Shown: positions 23,814-35,440 of the stretch, one piece after another
How positions within the stretch are numbered: the stretch's first letter is position 1
How the letters are laid out: each line of letters starts with the position of its first letter
Assembly (NCBI RefSeq): GCF_009914755.1
Contig: NC_060929.1
Strand: one strand, 5' to 3'
Length of the DNA stretch: 64,000 nucleotides
Source: the human T2T-CHM13v2.0 reference genome, Homo sapiens
Made by a program: the position numbers and the translations under genes
The notes under the pieces: generated by a model
Databases searched by the model: none
What the model was told of the DNA's origin: nothing
Seen by the model: the letters and a program-made list of their open reading frames with translations, nothing else

Positions 23814-24594
23814 GGATGAGACCCCCAACCTCCCTCTAGGAGATTCAAAGTCATTAAAACCCGTCAGGATATACCTGATCAAGGATCAGTGGCAAACACA
23901 ATGAGACTACTCAACTAAAATCAACATGGGAATAGAAAGAGACTGAGTCAGGGGCCATCCCCTGTATGAAGTCAGTCAGTCAAAGGAAGAGTGGCTCTGG
24001 ACACCTATATTGTGCTCTGAGAAAGTGACTGGGTGGGTGAATTTTTTTTTCAATCCGTGAAGTTGAAGTGCCTGCTCAAATTTGATGTGAAATTCCCCTG
24101 ACCAGTCATGGATGAGAGGTGGAGAATGATCTTTCCTCAGACCTTGAAGGACTAAGCTGGGAGAGAGACTCCACTGGAGCTCCAGGCATCAGCCACTTCC
24201 CCTAGACATTGCCACACTGAGATCTCAGGAACGATGAGTCAAGGGGCCCTTTGACTACTCTGGTTTCTCTGTGTCTGCATTTTTGTGATGCATTAACCCA
24301 AGCAGAAGCAAATTTCCAGTGGCAGTTATAACACGCTCTCACCCATAGGATCACATCTGAGCTCTAGATATAACAGCAAAGATCCAGCCTTAGAAAATCA
24401 AGGCTCCTAAAGATTATCATAGAAGGGTGAAGCCAGGGAAGCGGGACATTCTGATGGATGAGGCAGCTTAAGACATTTAATAGGAATCCTAAAAACAGAT
24501 GTGGTCTGATTGCATATCAAGCAGGTAAAGCAGATTGTGTCCATTTGGGGCACTTCAAAACATCTCTCAGAATATCTAAGATGGGCATAAGACA

Positions 24595-24800
24595 TAGGTG
24601 ATATTTAGTGAATGTTTCTATGTGCCAAGCACTGTTCTAGGTTTTTAAATATATTATTCATTTAATTCTCACAAATAATTATGAGATATGTATTTTACAG
24701 AAAGAAAGCTGAGGCAAAAAAAGTAACATAACTTTCTCCAGGTTACCAACTACTTAGCAGTGAAGCCAGAATTCAGACCCAACCATGCCCTGAAATACTA
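24595..24800 (-). mobile_element. MIR SINE
   Basis: ctatgtgccaagcactgttctagg...tcatttaattctcacaa...ttttacagaaagaaagctgaggc. Confidence 0.8.
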
Positions 24801-24862
24801 ATCCATGTTTCCTCTCTCTTGACATCCCAAAGGTTGCTGCTTTGCCCCACTGAATTTTAGAG

Positions 24863-25197
24863 CAGAGGTCCCCAACCTTTTTGGCACCAGGGACTGGTTT
24901 CGTGGAAGACAACTTTTCCATAGACGGGGGAGAAGGAGATGGTTTTGGGATGAAATTGTTCCACCTCACATCATCAGGCATTAGTCTCATAAGGAGCATG
25001 CAACCTACATCCCTTGCATGTGCAGTTCACAATAAAGTTCGGGCTCCCATGAGAATCAGAATCTCCCCTGATCTGACAAGAGGCGGAGCTCAGGCGGTAA
25101 TGCTCACTCCCCTACCGCTCACCTCCTGCTCTGTGGCCCAGTTCCTAACAGGCCATAGACCGGTATAGGTCCATGGCCTGGAGGTTGGGGACCCCTG
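24863..25197 (+). mobile_element. MER1B hAT-Charlie DNA transposon (MITE), full length
   Basis: Terminal inverted repeats CAGAGGTCCCCAACC / GGTTGGGGACCCCTG; perfect 8-bp TSD TTTTAGAG (24855-24862, 25198-25205). Confidence 0.96.
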
Positions 25198-26729
25198 TTT
25201 TAGAGGGCATATCACTAAGGAAGCTTTCAATGGACAAGAAGGTGAGGGAGAACCGTCTATAGCTAATGCTCTTTAACAGTTATCTCAGGGACCTGCTTTC
25301 TCTGTATCTTCCATTATCATTTAATTACTATACTAAATAATCCTACCAAGTGAGGATAAAGTCTGTTTTTAGCACCAAACCAAGCCAAGGACCATAAACC
25401 ACCTGTCAACACCCTCACTAGAACTTGTCATGATATCACACGGAAGATGAAATCAGTGCTTTTGGTGTGTAGTCCTGCTGTGTAGACAGAGCTCAGAACT
25501 CCAGCTTTCCAGTTTCTCCCGGCCTGATTCATTTTGCCTAGCTCTCTGAATGTAGTTCCCGACATGCTTTGGGCCTTGCATGTATATTGTTATTATCAAT
25601 TAGTGGCAGTATTTGCTATTGATATAGCACTTCATATCTGTAAGTCCCGTCCTTTGGGTCTTTGTGCATGGCTGGTCTTTACAGCCACAGATATGTTTGC
25701 ACTGACATCACCTTCCCAGGATTATTCCTATGGGTTCAATGATTTGCTTATGGCAATTGCAGAGGAACGTGTTACAGAATACAAGATGAGCAATAAAGAG
25801 GAAAGAGAGGAAGGGTATAGCCTAGCTGTTTAGGGTCCGGTGAAAAGCTCAGAGAGCCAAGCAACTTGATTTTACTTGCTTCTATTTACAATCATAAAAG
25901 TATTATTATTAATGATGCTGTTTTACATTTTATAGCTCCTTTTCAACTTGAATGATCCCAAAGGGTTTTGCAAACTACATGTGCGTAGTTTCACTGTCTT
26001 CACATGGCCATTGCTCTCTCTTCCCTCTCAAGAAGCCTCTTACTAACAACAGCAGAAGCAGCGATGTTAGCAATAGTCAACAGAAAAAGGTAAAATGTAG
26101 GCATTATAATTTCCCCCTACTCTGCTTAGCGTTAGAAAGGAGCTAATCTTTGCCCCAGGATCCATTCTATTTTCTAGGCAGAAAAAGGTGGTGTCGTTGG
26201 CTCAGCATCCATTGGTGAAGGCTGAGTTCCTGCCTATTTGCACCACCAGGGACAATTAGAGCAAAATGAAACTGCAAACATCAATAGGGGTAAGGCTGAA
26301 AAGAATTCCAGCTAGATCTTAAGATTTGCTCCTGTTTGTTACAGTGAAATATGGATTTTAATGCCCTAAAGACACTAAAACCATAATGCCAACTCTAAGA
26401 ATGTGAAACACAACAGAAACAGAGGGTAAGGTCTAAAGTATGAAATTTGGAAGAGATGAAGAGAAGGTTGAAATAGAAAAACACGGATGTGTGTGCTGTG
26501 GAAGCAGAAAAGTCTCAAGACTAATAGCCACATTAACAACACTGAGCGAGCATCAAATTCCAAAGCCCCCAAGCCCCAAGCCCCAGAAGCCCAAGAACCT
26601 TGCTGAGAGCATGCGGTCTTTGGGGCCTGCTTCTCATTTGTTATTAAGCCTGGCTCTCTCTGCGGAGCCAGAATCCATTTCTTGAGAATCATGATCATCT
26701 GCTTGAATTAGAAGAAGGTTTTTACTTAC

Positions 26730-26804
26730 CTGGAAATTCTAAAGGCTGTATTTGGTTCAGAGGAGAAGTTCAAGAAATATGGGTTTCTTTATTCTTTTCT
26801 CCAC
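26730..26804 (-). other. Candidate 75-nt non-coding exon
   Basis: Minus strand reads ttgattttttttttttaag|GTGGAG...TTTCCAG|gtaagt; stop codons in all three frames. Confidence 0.35.
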
Positions 26805-26874
26805 CTTAAAAAAAAAAAATCAATGGGTTAGATTCCACACAGTAGTGCTGTACTTTATTCCTAATTATTTTAAT

Positions 26875-27122
26875 TATTTAATAAGTATTTTTATTCCACT
26901 TACCACAAGCCAGACACTGTTCTAAGTGCTTAGCAATATCACTCATTTAATTGTCATAACAACCCGGAGAGATAGGGACTACTCTTTTACAGATGAGGTA
27001 ACTGAGGCACAGAGAAGTTAAGTAATTTGCTTAAGGTCACACAGCTAATGAATGCTGAAGCCAAGATTCAAATTCAGGGAATCTGACTTGTCTCCATGTT
27101 TTTACCACCGTGCAATGCTGCC
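26875..27122 (-). mobile_element. MIR SINE, near full length
   Basis: cactgttctaagtgctt...ttttacagatgaggtaactgaggcacagagaagttaagtaatttgc. Confidence 0.9.
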
Positions 27123-27429
27123 CTTCTTATATATGGCAAATTATGCTTGCAATTTATGAGGGGCAGTTTTCAGTAAAATACCAAGAAAATATTATCAAAA
27201 CAAAAGGCAATGAGAACCTACAATTTAAGTAAATGGATGTGCCTACATATATTTTTATAGATTGCTTCCATCAAAATCTTGTATAATAAAGCATTACCTT
27301 ATTAACCTTAAATTCTAGATTCTTTCCTCCTAAAGGAAGGAGTCATGCATTCATAAGCAGTGCTTCATTTTTGTCCTCACAAATGCTTTCTGGCTTCAAA
27401 GTATTGGAGATCTCGGGGAAAAGAAGAGT

Positions 27430-27650
27430 TTGGTCTACACAGGAGGGTAATGAGAACTTGGGTTCAAATCCTGGCTTTGCCACTCATTTGTATGGCTTTG
27501 AGCAAAATTCTTAATTTTTTTGTGCCTCAATTTCCTGGTCTGTAAAATAGGTGTGATAATGTCACCTACCTCGTAGGTTGTTGTGAGAATTAGCTTAGAT
27601 AATATGTGCAAAATACTTAGAGAGCCTGGCGTAGAATGAGTATTCTGTAA
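27430..27650 (+). mobile_element. MIR SINE
   Basis: gggttcaaatcctggctttgccactc...tgcctcaatttcctggtctgtaaaatagg...ggttgttgtgagaatt. Confidence 0.85.
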
Positions 27651-28209
27651 AACCGACCATTACATTGGGAAATTTGGCAGTAGAATATAATGAGAAGTAA
27701 ATAGAAGACTTAAAACTCATAGAGCCAGTCTCTCCTTTCTGTTAGTTCTCTGGGCAAACCTGTATGTGGCTCCTATATCTATGAGGGTAGCAGCAGAGCC
27801 CGCTCAGCTTTGAGATATTACCTGCAGTTTCATTTCTGAAATCCTCGCCCCTGACCCCAGAGGGCCAAGCTCAGCCAAGCCCAACCCCTGCACCCCTCCC
27901 TGTGCATTGTACAGGCTCAGCACGGGGCTACACTCACCGCAGGGCGCCAGAGGCCGATCTGCTACTTAGGCTGCCAGTATGGCAACTGTGAGGGGCTGTT
28001 GGCTTGGTCTGGAAAAGTGGGAGGGAACAGAGTATGGGCAGGAATCAGCCAGTGGGACCCGGGTATCTGGGAGGAGTTGCACTAGTCCTGCCCAGGGACT
28101 GCACCTGTGGTGTGTCTGCCCCTCTGGGGAGCCGGTGATAAAACCCAGCTTGACTCTGAGGCTCTGAGAATTGCTGTTTCCACTTTTGGTTGCCTGCTTA
28201 TCATTTCCT

Positions 28210-28409
28210 TTTGCTTTTTAATTACATAGATGATGTATTCTTGTTGAGGAAATAGATGCAGTAACAGTGGAAAAGATGCAGTAATACAGTGAAAGCAAGC
28301 CCTTCCTTACCCCTCTCCTTTATCACACTTTCCAAAAAACCCAGTTAGCATTATGGAGAATTCCTTATCATTCCAGACTTTTGTATGCCTTTGCTTACAC
28401 ACATACACA

Positions 28410-28442
<33 letters not shown>

Positions 28443-28820
28443 TGTCCTCTTCTTACACAAAAAAGTAAATGGAGGGATCATACAGTTTTACAGATTTTTG
28501 CCTCTTGTTTTTTCTTTTAACTTAATATCTACCACAGAAGCCTTTCCAAGACAGAATACACAACTCATTTTTACAAACTGCATACTCCTCCATTGCACTG
28601 AATTCCTAATTTTACTTAACCATTGCCCTCATAATAGTCCTTTTGGTTTTTGTTGTTATTGCCGTAGTTTGGTTTTGTATTATCCATAGCACTCAATGCT
28701 CCTGTGAAAATCTTCATATATATGTACAAGTATTTCTACAGGAATCATTCCTAGAAATACAATTGCCAGGCCATACATGTATGTACTTTTAAAAAAATAT
28801 TTTCATAGCTGCTCCAAATT
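28210..28820 (-). mobile_element. L1ME/MD-type fragment
   Basis: aaatggagggatcatacag...atttctacaggaatcattcctagaaatacaattgccagg, antisense old L1. Confidence 0.55.
28397..28441. repeat. Interrupted (AC)n microsatellite
   Basis: About 22 units with two AT interruptions. Confidence 0.95.
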
Positions 28821-29147
28821 GAGAAGAACCATTTCCTAAATAAAATGTAAACTCTTGTTAGAATTGCTGTCAAAATGAAAAAGATGACTGACAAAAATTT
28901 TACATTTCAAAGACAGAACATTGATGAAAATCTCTTTGTTTTAAAGATGATGGTTTTCTTATTTTAAATAAAATCTTTTTAAATTCATAAGGCATATACT
29001 ATTAAGATATACCATGAGGCAAACCACATTTTGTAAATGAAAGCTTAGGAGATCAGTCAAAGAAAGACAAAAGGAACCAGTTCCAATGTCTGTTGCTCAA
29101 TATTGGTGTCTGTTCAAACGTTAGCATTGTCAGCCTCATATTTCTCT

Positions 29148-29286
29148 GCGGTGGTTTTCAGTTACTCTAAAAGGCTGTTTAAGCACCCAACTGACTTGAA
29201 TCAGATTTTCTGGGCCTGTGGCTTGGGCAACTGAGTTTAGAATGTTCCCAGGTGATTCTAAAGTACAATGATGCTGAGAACCACAG
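29148..29286. mobile_element. MER5A-like hAT MITE
   Basis: gaatcagattttctggg...cccaggtgattctaaagtacaa...tgagaaccac. Confidence 0.6.
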
Positions 29287-30553
29287 CTACAGAGCTTGCT
29301 AATTTTAAAATTTCTGAATTTTTAGCAAAAAAAGTAATGCAGCCATTCAGTGGCATTGCAATAATAAATGAACACTTAAAAGGAAGTTATAAGTGTAGAA
29401 TTTTCTGAATTTTAAATTGATTAAATTTACAAAAAGAAATGCATTTCTAATATTTTTTTATTTTGTTGAATTAATCATCATGTGAAACAGTTACTCACGA
29501 CTAGGAGTATTTGCAAAAGGCAGATGTATGGCTCTAGAGAAACCAAATAATAGGATAAGCTGGAATATGGAAGAAGGGATAAAAGGACAACAGATGGAAC
29601 CAGGCAGGGTTAATACATATAGTGTAAATGAAGTAGAAGTTTTTGAAGCCCAAAGTCATGGAAGAAGTCTTTAGAAGGCCAGAGCTTTCCTAGCTTCAGT
29701 TTTTAGGAATACATCGGCACTGCCCAATAAAAGGCAGATAACAAGCCTCAGTAAATTATTATTATTATGGTGATAGTGAAACCACATCATAAGCGATGAA
29801 AAAATAATAAAAGAAGAGATTATCAGCACAGGAGGAGGTCAGGCCTGCAGCCAGCACCAGTTCATGTCAAAGCCAGCAACAATTCATAAAGTCGTAAAAG
29901 GTAATTGTGGAATAGGGACTTGGGAAAGACAATTACAGAATTAAAACCCAGGCCCTCTCCTGCATAGGGTACGGATGGATGAGGTGTCCTTTACCTTTTT
30001 CTGCCACTAGAATCTTTGTGTCAAATGAAAGTCAACTACTTTACACCCACAAAGAAGACTATGTCAAAGTGTGCAGTATAATTATGTAATTTTATAACAG
30101 CTAATGAACACTCAATATTTCAAGTCAGTTTGACGATAGCCTGCCACTGTCTCTCACAATTCCTAGGTGATTCAATGTTTAGCACTCTGTTTTCTAATTT
30201 TCTTACAATACTATGTTCTAAACTTCCACCCCTTTTGTTAAGACTAGAGTATGGGTATGATGCTTGGAAAACTCGTTCCATTAAAAATCCAGAGGTGAAG
30301 TCCATCACATTTAAAGAGTGGAACAGCACTTGGAATCCTAAAACTAGAAAACAACATTCAAGACAAGAAAGTAGATGATAACCCCCTGGGTTTCAGAATC
30401 CCTGCTGCTGCATCAGGTCCAGGTCCCAGGGCTACAAGAAGGGACAAATGAGGAGCTTATCAAAGCCATTCAATTGAATTTGAAGAATTGGCCCATAACC
30501 TGACAAAGGATTTTGTGTGATAGTAAATAAAATAACATAAAATAGTAACATCC

Positions 30554-30856
30554 GACCAGGCGCGGTGGCTCACGTGTGTAATCCCAGCACTTTGGGAGGC
30601 CGAGGTGGGCAGATCTTTTGAGGCGAGGAGTTTGAGACCAGCCTGGCCAAGAGGGCAAAACTCTGTCTCTACTGAAAAAAAAAAAAAAAATACAAAAATT
30701 AACCAGGCATGGTGGTGTGAACCTGTAGCCCCAGCTCCTTAAGAGGCTGAGGCAGGAGAATCTCTTGTACCCCGGGGGTCAGAGGTTGCAGTGAGCCAAG
30801 ATCACACCACTGCACTCCAGCCTGGGTGACAGAGCGAGACAAAAACAAAAGAAAAA
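30554..30856 (+). mobile_element. AluS SINE
   Basis: gaccaggcgcggtggctcacg...gaggctgaggcaggagaatc...; degenerate TSD AGTAACATCC / AGTAGCATTC. Confidence 0.95.
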
Positions 30857-32744
30857 GTAGCATTCAACCTCCAGCTATGACTTTCCAAGACCACCTAGAC
30901 AGTGGCAGAAGCCCCTGACTAGGAGATAGAACACTCCTGCTTAAATTTCCTTCAAGCACATGTGTTGTGTATTGGCCTTGACATCAGGATGTCAACATAG
31001 TAATTTCAATGGTGAAATCATACTTATTGGTTTCCCTGGGGTGTTGTTAAAATCTCATGGGCTTCTGTACCCATCGTAAAACAAAATTCAGATTCACTGT
31101 TTTTTTAATAAATATATATTAAATCACTTTGCTATTATCTCAGAAGCAAAATAAGAATAGGGCAAGAATGTGATAATCCTACCACAAAAAGGCTGAGAAT
31201 TCCTGAATTCGGAACAGTAAGCTATCATTTCAGAGAGCACGAAGGTTAGACTTCTTCAACGGAGAAAGCTGCCTAGAAGGATGTACGTAGAAAGAAATGC
31301 AGAGAGTAAAGCTACACAGGGACCTGCTTTAGGGAAAGAAACAAGGTGACTTGCAGGAGGAAGAAAAGTATCATGGAAGAAGCAGAGAGCTTTAAAGGTA
31401 AAAACAAAGGTGATTCTGACGCATAAAAGCAGGAGGGAGCCCATAGCACACATGTAGTAAAAGTCTGTTAGAACATTTACTAAGAAACAGAGAAAAGAAA
31501 ACAAGGCAGGGAAATGTCACATGGCATACATTCCAGACAATTTAGCTATGCTATTTTCGTCTCGATTTTTCATTTTTAATTCAAGGGACTTCAGCTTCAT
31601 TGTGGTGAGACCTAAAGAGAAATTAAACTGACATTTGGATCAAAAAAATTGTAACAAACATGCACACAGAGATGGTTTCTGTCCCCTAACCAGTGCTCCA
31701 TACTGGCTTCAGCCATGAGGCCGCTATGGCTCTACAGTTGTTTGCAAAGAGTTGCTGGACTACTGCCCCACAAAGACAATGGGTTTTGATTCGTTGTTTT
31801 TCAGTTGTTTGTTTCTGTATTTTGGCTAGCCATAAGGCTGATTCGTATATTTACCAACATTAAGATCTGGATTGAATTTCCACCTCCATCCTCACTCAGT
31901 CTTTCAGCATTTCAATATGCCCACGTGTGCTGGCCACCTTTCAGGTGAGAGCCTATCTGTTAAGTACAAACCTTTCTGACTTTCAAGCCAGATTCTCGTT
32001 CAAGTTTTTTGCAGGCTGAAAATGGTAATTAAAATATGAGTTAGGGGAAAGAATGGGAAGAAGGCAGGCTGCTCAGGATTTGCATTTTGCCCATCTCCCT
32101 TTAGTGTCAAATACTATACATTTACAAACCTCTTCTGTCTGTCTGGATGAGGAGGGAAAGAGCAGCTATACATTACCAACCTGGACCAATTAAGAGTAGC
32201 ACAGAAGTAAACTGCTGGGCAGATGAGAACAGCTGGGCCGAACATAATGTACTTCCTTTCTCACCTTGTGTGGGTTGCCCTTCCGGGGTCCTTGTATTTC
32301 AGGAATGGTGGAGTCCCGCATGTTGATCCCTACTTGGTTGCTAGCACAGCCAGCCAGTTTTTAATGGGGAAAGACGCAAGAGGGACTCACAACTATTTCA
32401 GCCTTTTCCTCAAAGTGAACATTCTTTTTTTTCTTTCCTTCTGCATTATTGTGCCACGGTACTTTAAACTTTTCCCATCATTAAGCCTTCTGAGTGAAAT
32501 TTTGAACTGATTAATGTGGCATTTTCCACTAAACTGTTTCAGGAAATGTTGCACCTTACCAGTGGGATGCTTTTGAATAATGTAATCTCCTTAGTATAAT
32601 TAAAACTAAGTTCTGAAGTTACTACCTTTTCTCCCTGGAGGCACTCATCAAAATGTCAAGTGTTCCTTCTAGTAGAACTGCAAACCCATAGTACAAACAA
32701 ATATATTACCCACTGCTCCTCGCTAGCAAGAGGCCCTTGCTGGA

Positions 32745-32770
32745 TTTTTTTTTTTTTTTTTTTTTTTTTT
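32745..32770. repeat. Poly-T (T26) tract not attached to a recognisable retroelement
   Basis: Direct observation. Confidence 0.9.
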
Positions 32771-33034
32771 GTCACTTCATTTCGAACCTGTGCAAGCAGC
32801 ATAAGAAATATGATCACCAAAAGCCACTGGACCCTCGTACCCTGAGCCGTGTTCTATACCAGCTGCCTGGTTTGCATTTACTAATATTCCTTTTGAATAC
32901 TTGTCTTCAACAGATGAACTTTTTGTTGTCGCGTTGTTATTTATGCATAGAAAACAGCGTGGATCTAAAAGTCATTTGTTCTCCTAGAGCTTTCTATTTA
33001 GTTTAAAAGGAAAAAAAAAAAAAAATCAGGAATG

Positions 33035-33053
33035 CAACGCCCTCTTCTGGCTG
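33035..33053 (-). promoter_or_regulatory. Candidate CTCF site
   Basis: Minus strand CAGCCAGAAGAGGGCGTTG; 12/14 match to core CCRSYAGRKGGCRS with the CpG retained. Confidence 0.5.
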
Positions 33054-33236
33054 AGAAGCATTTAGATAACTATGCAGACCTGAGCGGCATTTTGACCAAG
33101 TTTTTAAAGACTGCTTGGTATATAGTGAGTGATAAATGAATAATCGGCATTATTGTCAAAGTTTGCAACATTATTCCCCCTCGGGACAGGACAAGGTCTG
33201 GCCTCAGAGGGCCAGTCCCAGCTGCCCAGCTTTTAG

Positions 33237-33350
33237 GAGCTCTGGAGGAATTAAGTGAGTGGACCATTCCCCAGCTAAGCAGAAAGGTGATAAGAAACGG
33301 TATCAAGAGTCCCGTCCCTCTCTGGAACAAACATTCAATCCAAGACAAGG
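33237..33350 (+). other. Candidate 114-nt exon
   Basis: cagcttttag|GAGCTC...GACAAGG|gtaagt; open in one frame. Confidence 0.3.
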
Positions 33351-34184
33351 GTAAGTTCATTCTAAAGGCTTAGGAGATTTGTTTTTGAGTAGATGTCAGA
33401 GAAAGCCTATATTCCTTGCTAATTACTGGCTTTCTCTAGAAAAATCAGAAAGGGTATCAAAGGTTTCCAAATGCAAGCCTATTATTTTCTTATGAATGTA
33501 ACCACCCTAATTATTTTGCTTTCCCGAGATCATATTAGAGTCTACCCTGGAACCTACATCTGCCTTTGAGGAGCCCTATCCCCAAATAAGGTGGCCCTGC
33601 CAGTCTCCATCTGGGAAGGAGGTGGAAGGAAGTGACAAAGGAAAGCGCAGGCATTTGGAGACAGAAGGAGCCCAGCAGGACTTTGAAAGAAAAATATTCA
33701 GTGCTGGAACATGCTTCTTACCAAGTAATGTTTTCACTCTCTAGAAAACATGCTTCTTTCCAGTCTGAAGGCCAGGCTGGCTGCCACTTCTCTCCGCCTG
33801 CCAACTAGTCATTAGCAAACAATGAGCAACCCAGTGACTACAAAAGAAAAAGGAAATAGGCATGCAGCAGCACAAGGTAATGACTGCTGAGTGTCTGGAG
33901 GATAAAGTATCCAAGTATCAGGCTGGAGGCTGCCCTCTTCATGGGGAGCTTCAGGATGAGGGAAAAAGGGAGGTGGGGCACAGCTGAGGAATACAGTCTG
34001 CGGCTGGCTAGGGAGGAGCCTCGAGATGGGTATACTTGGGGAGGCTTGGGACACATTCACCCAGGGATGTGTGCAGCTGAGGGCGTGCACAGCTGTGGTC
34101 ATGGCTGGCACAGGATATTTCCTCTACCTAGCCCATGGTGGGAATGTTTGGAGTGAATAATTCAAGAAAGTCATTTCCAGAACA

Positions 34185-35100
34185 CCCAAGTTGAAGGTCT
34201 TTGAGTGACAAGTATCAGAAACTCTCTTTAACTTGAGCAAAAACAGGAATTTATCAGAAAGAATCCTGAAGTGCCTCATAGAACCAAAGGACAGGAATTA
34301 TGCAGGGGCTGGGCTGCTTGTGTATCTGGAGTCAGGAACTAAAAAGCAGTTAAGAAACCAGCCCTTACTGCCTGCCTCACCCCCATCCTCCAGCGCCACA
34401 TGGTTTCTCGACTCTCTCCTTGCACTGTTCCACTTTTGTGTCCTCACTCTAGCATCTGCTTAATGTTTATATGATCAAACATGGTGGCCACAGCCCCAGA
34501 GTTTAATTGTCCTCAGTTCAAATATGGCATAAAACTGAATAAACTATTCATTCCAATTCCAAATTTCCAAGAGAGACCATTTGCTCCACACTATTTAGGT
34601 TCCTCTGTTTTCTAAGCAACCATGTGATATAATTTGGCTGTGTCCCCACCCAAATCTCACCTTGAATTGTAGCTCCCGTAATTCCCACATGTCGTGGGAG
34701 GGACCCAGTGGGAGATAACTGAATCATGGGAGTGGGTCTTTCCCGTGCTGTTCTCATGAGAGTGAATACATCTCATGAGCTCTGATGGTTTTGTAAAGGG
34801 GAGTTGCCCTGCACATGCTCTCTTGCCTGCTGCCATGTAAGATGTGACTTTGCTCCTCCTTGCCTTCCATCATGATTGTGAGGCCTCCTCATGTGGAACT
34901 GTGAGTCAACTCAACCTATTTCCTTTATAAATTACCCAGTCTCTGGTATGTCTTTATTAGCAGCGCGAGAACAGACTCATACACCATGATAAGGTAAACT
35001 CATGTGCTATGGCATGGCAATGGGGATTCATCCCTATGCATGGGAGACAGTTCTCAGAGAAGGTGTTATGGACTGGGAAGAAGGTCCAATAATAAACACA
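34185..35100 (-). mobile_element. Old MLT1 (L/N/O-like) LTR, interrupted by THE1B
   Basis: gacaagtatcagaaactctctttaacttgagcaaaaacaggaatttat...aacatggtggccacagcccc...gggagacagttctcagagaagg. Confidence 0.5.
34625..34983 (+). mobile_element. THE1B solo LTR (MaLR)
   Basis: TGATATAATTTGGCTGTGTCCCCACCCAAATCTC...GAACAGACTCATACA; perfect 5-bp TSD CCATG (34620-34624, 34984-34988). Confidence 0.96.
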
Positions 35101-35269
35101 CACACTCACATTGACTCTCAATGATCTTGAAGCACAGCTGAAATGGTTTTATGAAATGGCAAAATAAGGAGAAATTTTTTGGAAAAAAAAATTCTTAGAA
35201 CATTTTCTGTTTCTGAAGACTTTCAAAGGTAGGGGGAGAGAAAAGGGTACCAAATCGTATTTTATGTAT

Positions 35270-35440
35270 AGTAGAAAAGATAACTAATTTGGAAGCTAGA
35301 AGATCTGACAATTGCTCCTGGTTCCACCAAACTGGCTATGTGAACAAGTTATATAACCTCTTACCATAGTGTTCTCATTTACAAATAAGAAATAACAGTA
35401 GTTGCCCTGTGTATGTCATAGGGCTATTTTGTAAGAGGGG
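35270..35440 (+). mobile_element. MIR fragment
   Basis: ttggaagctagaagatctg...gaacaagttatataacctc...ttctcatttacaaataag. Confidence 0.55.

Noticed and set aside
33070-33360. 96-aa minus-strand ORF in the regulatory island
   Set aside because: No recognisable homology; it is the antisense mirror of the open + frame, and splice signals favour the + strand
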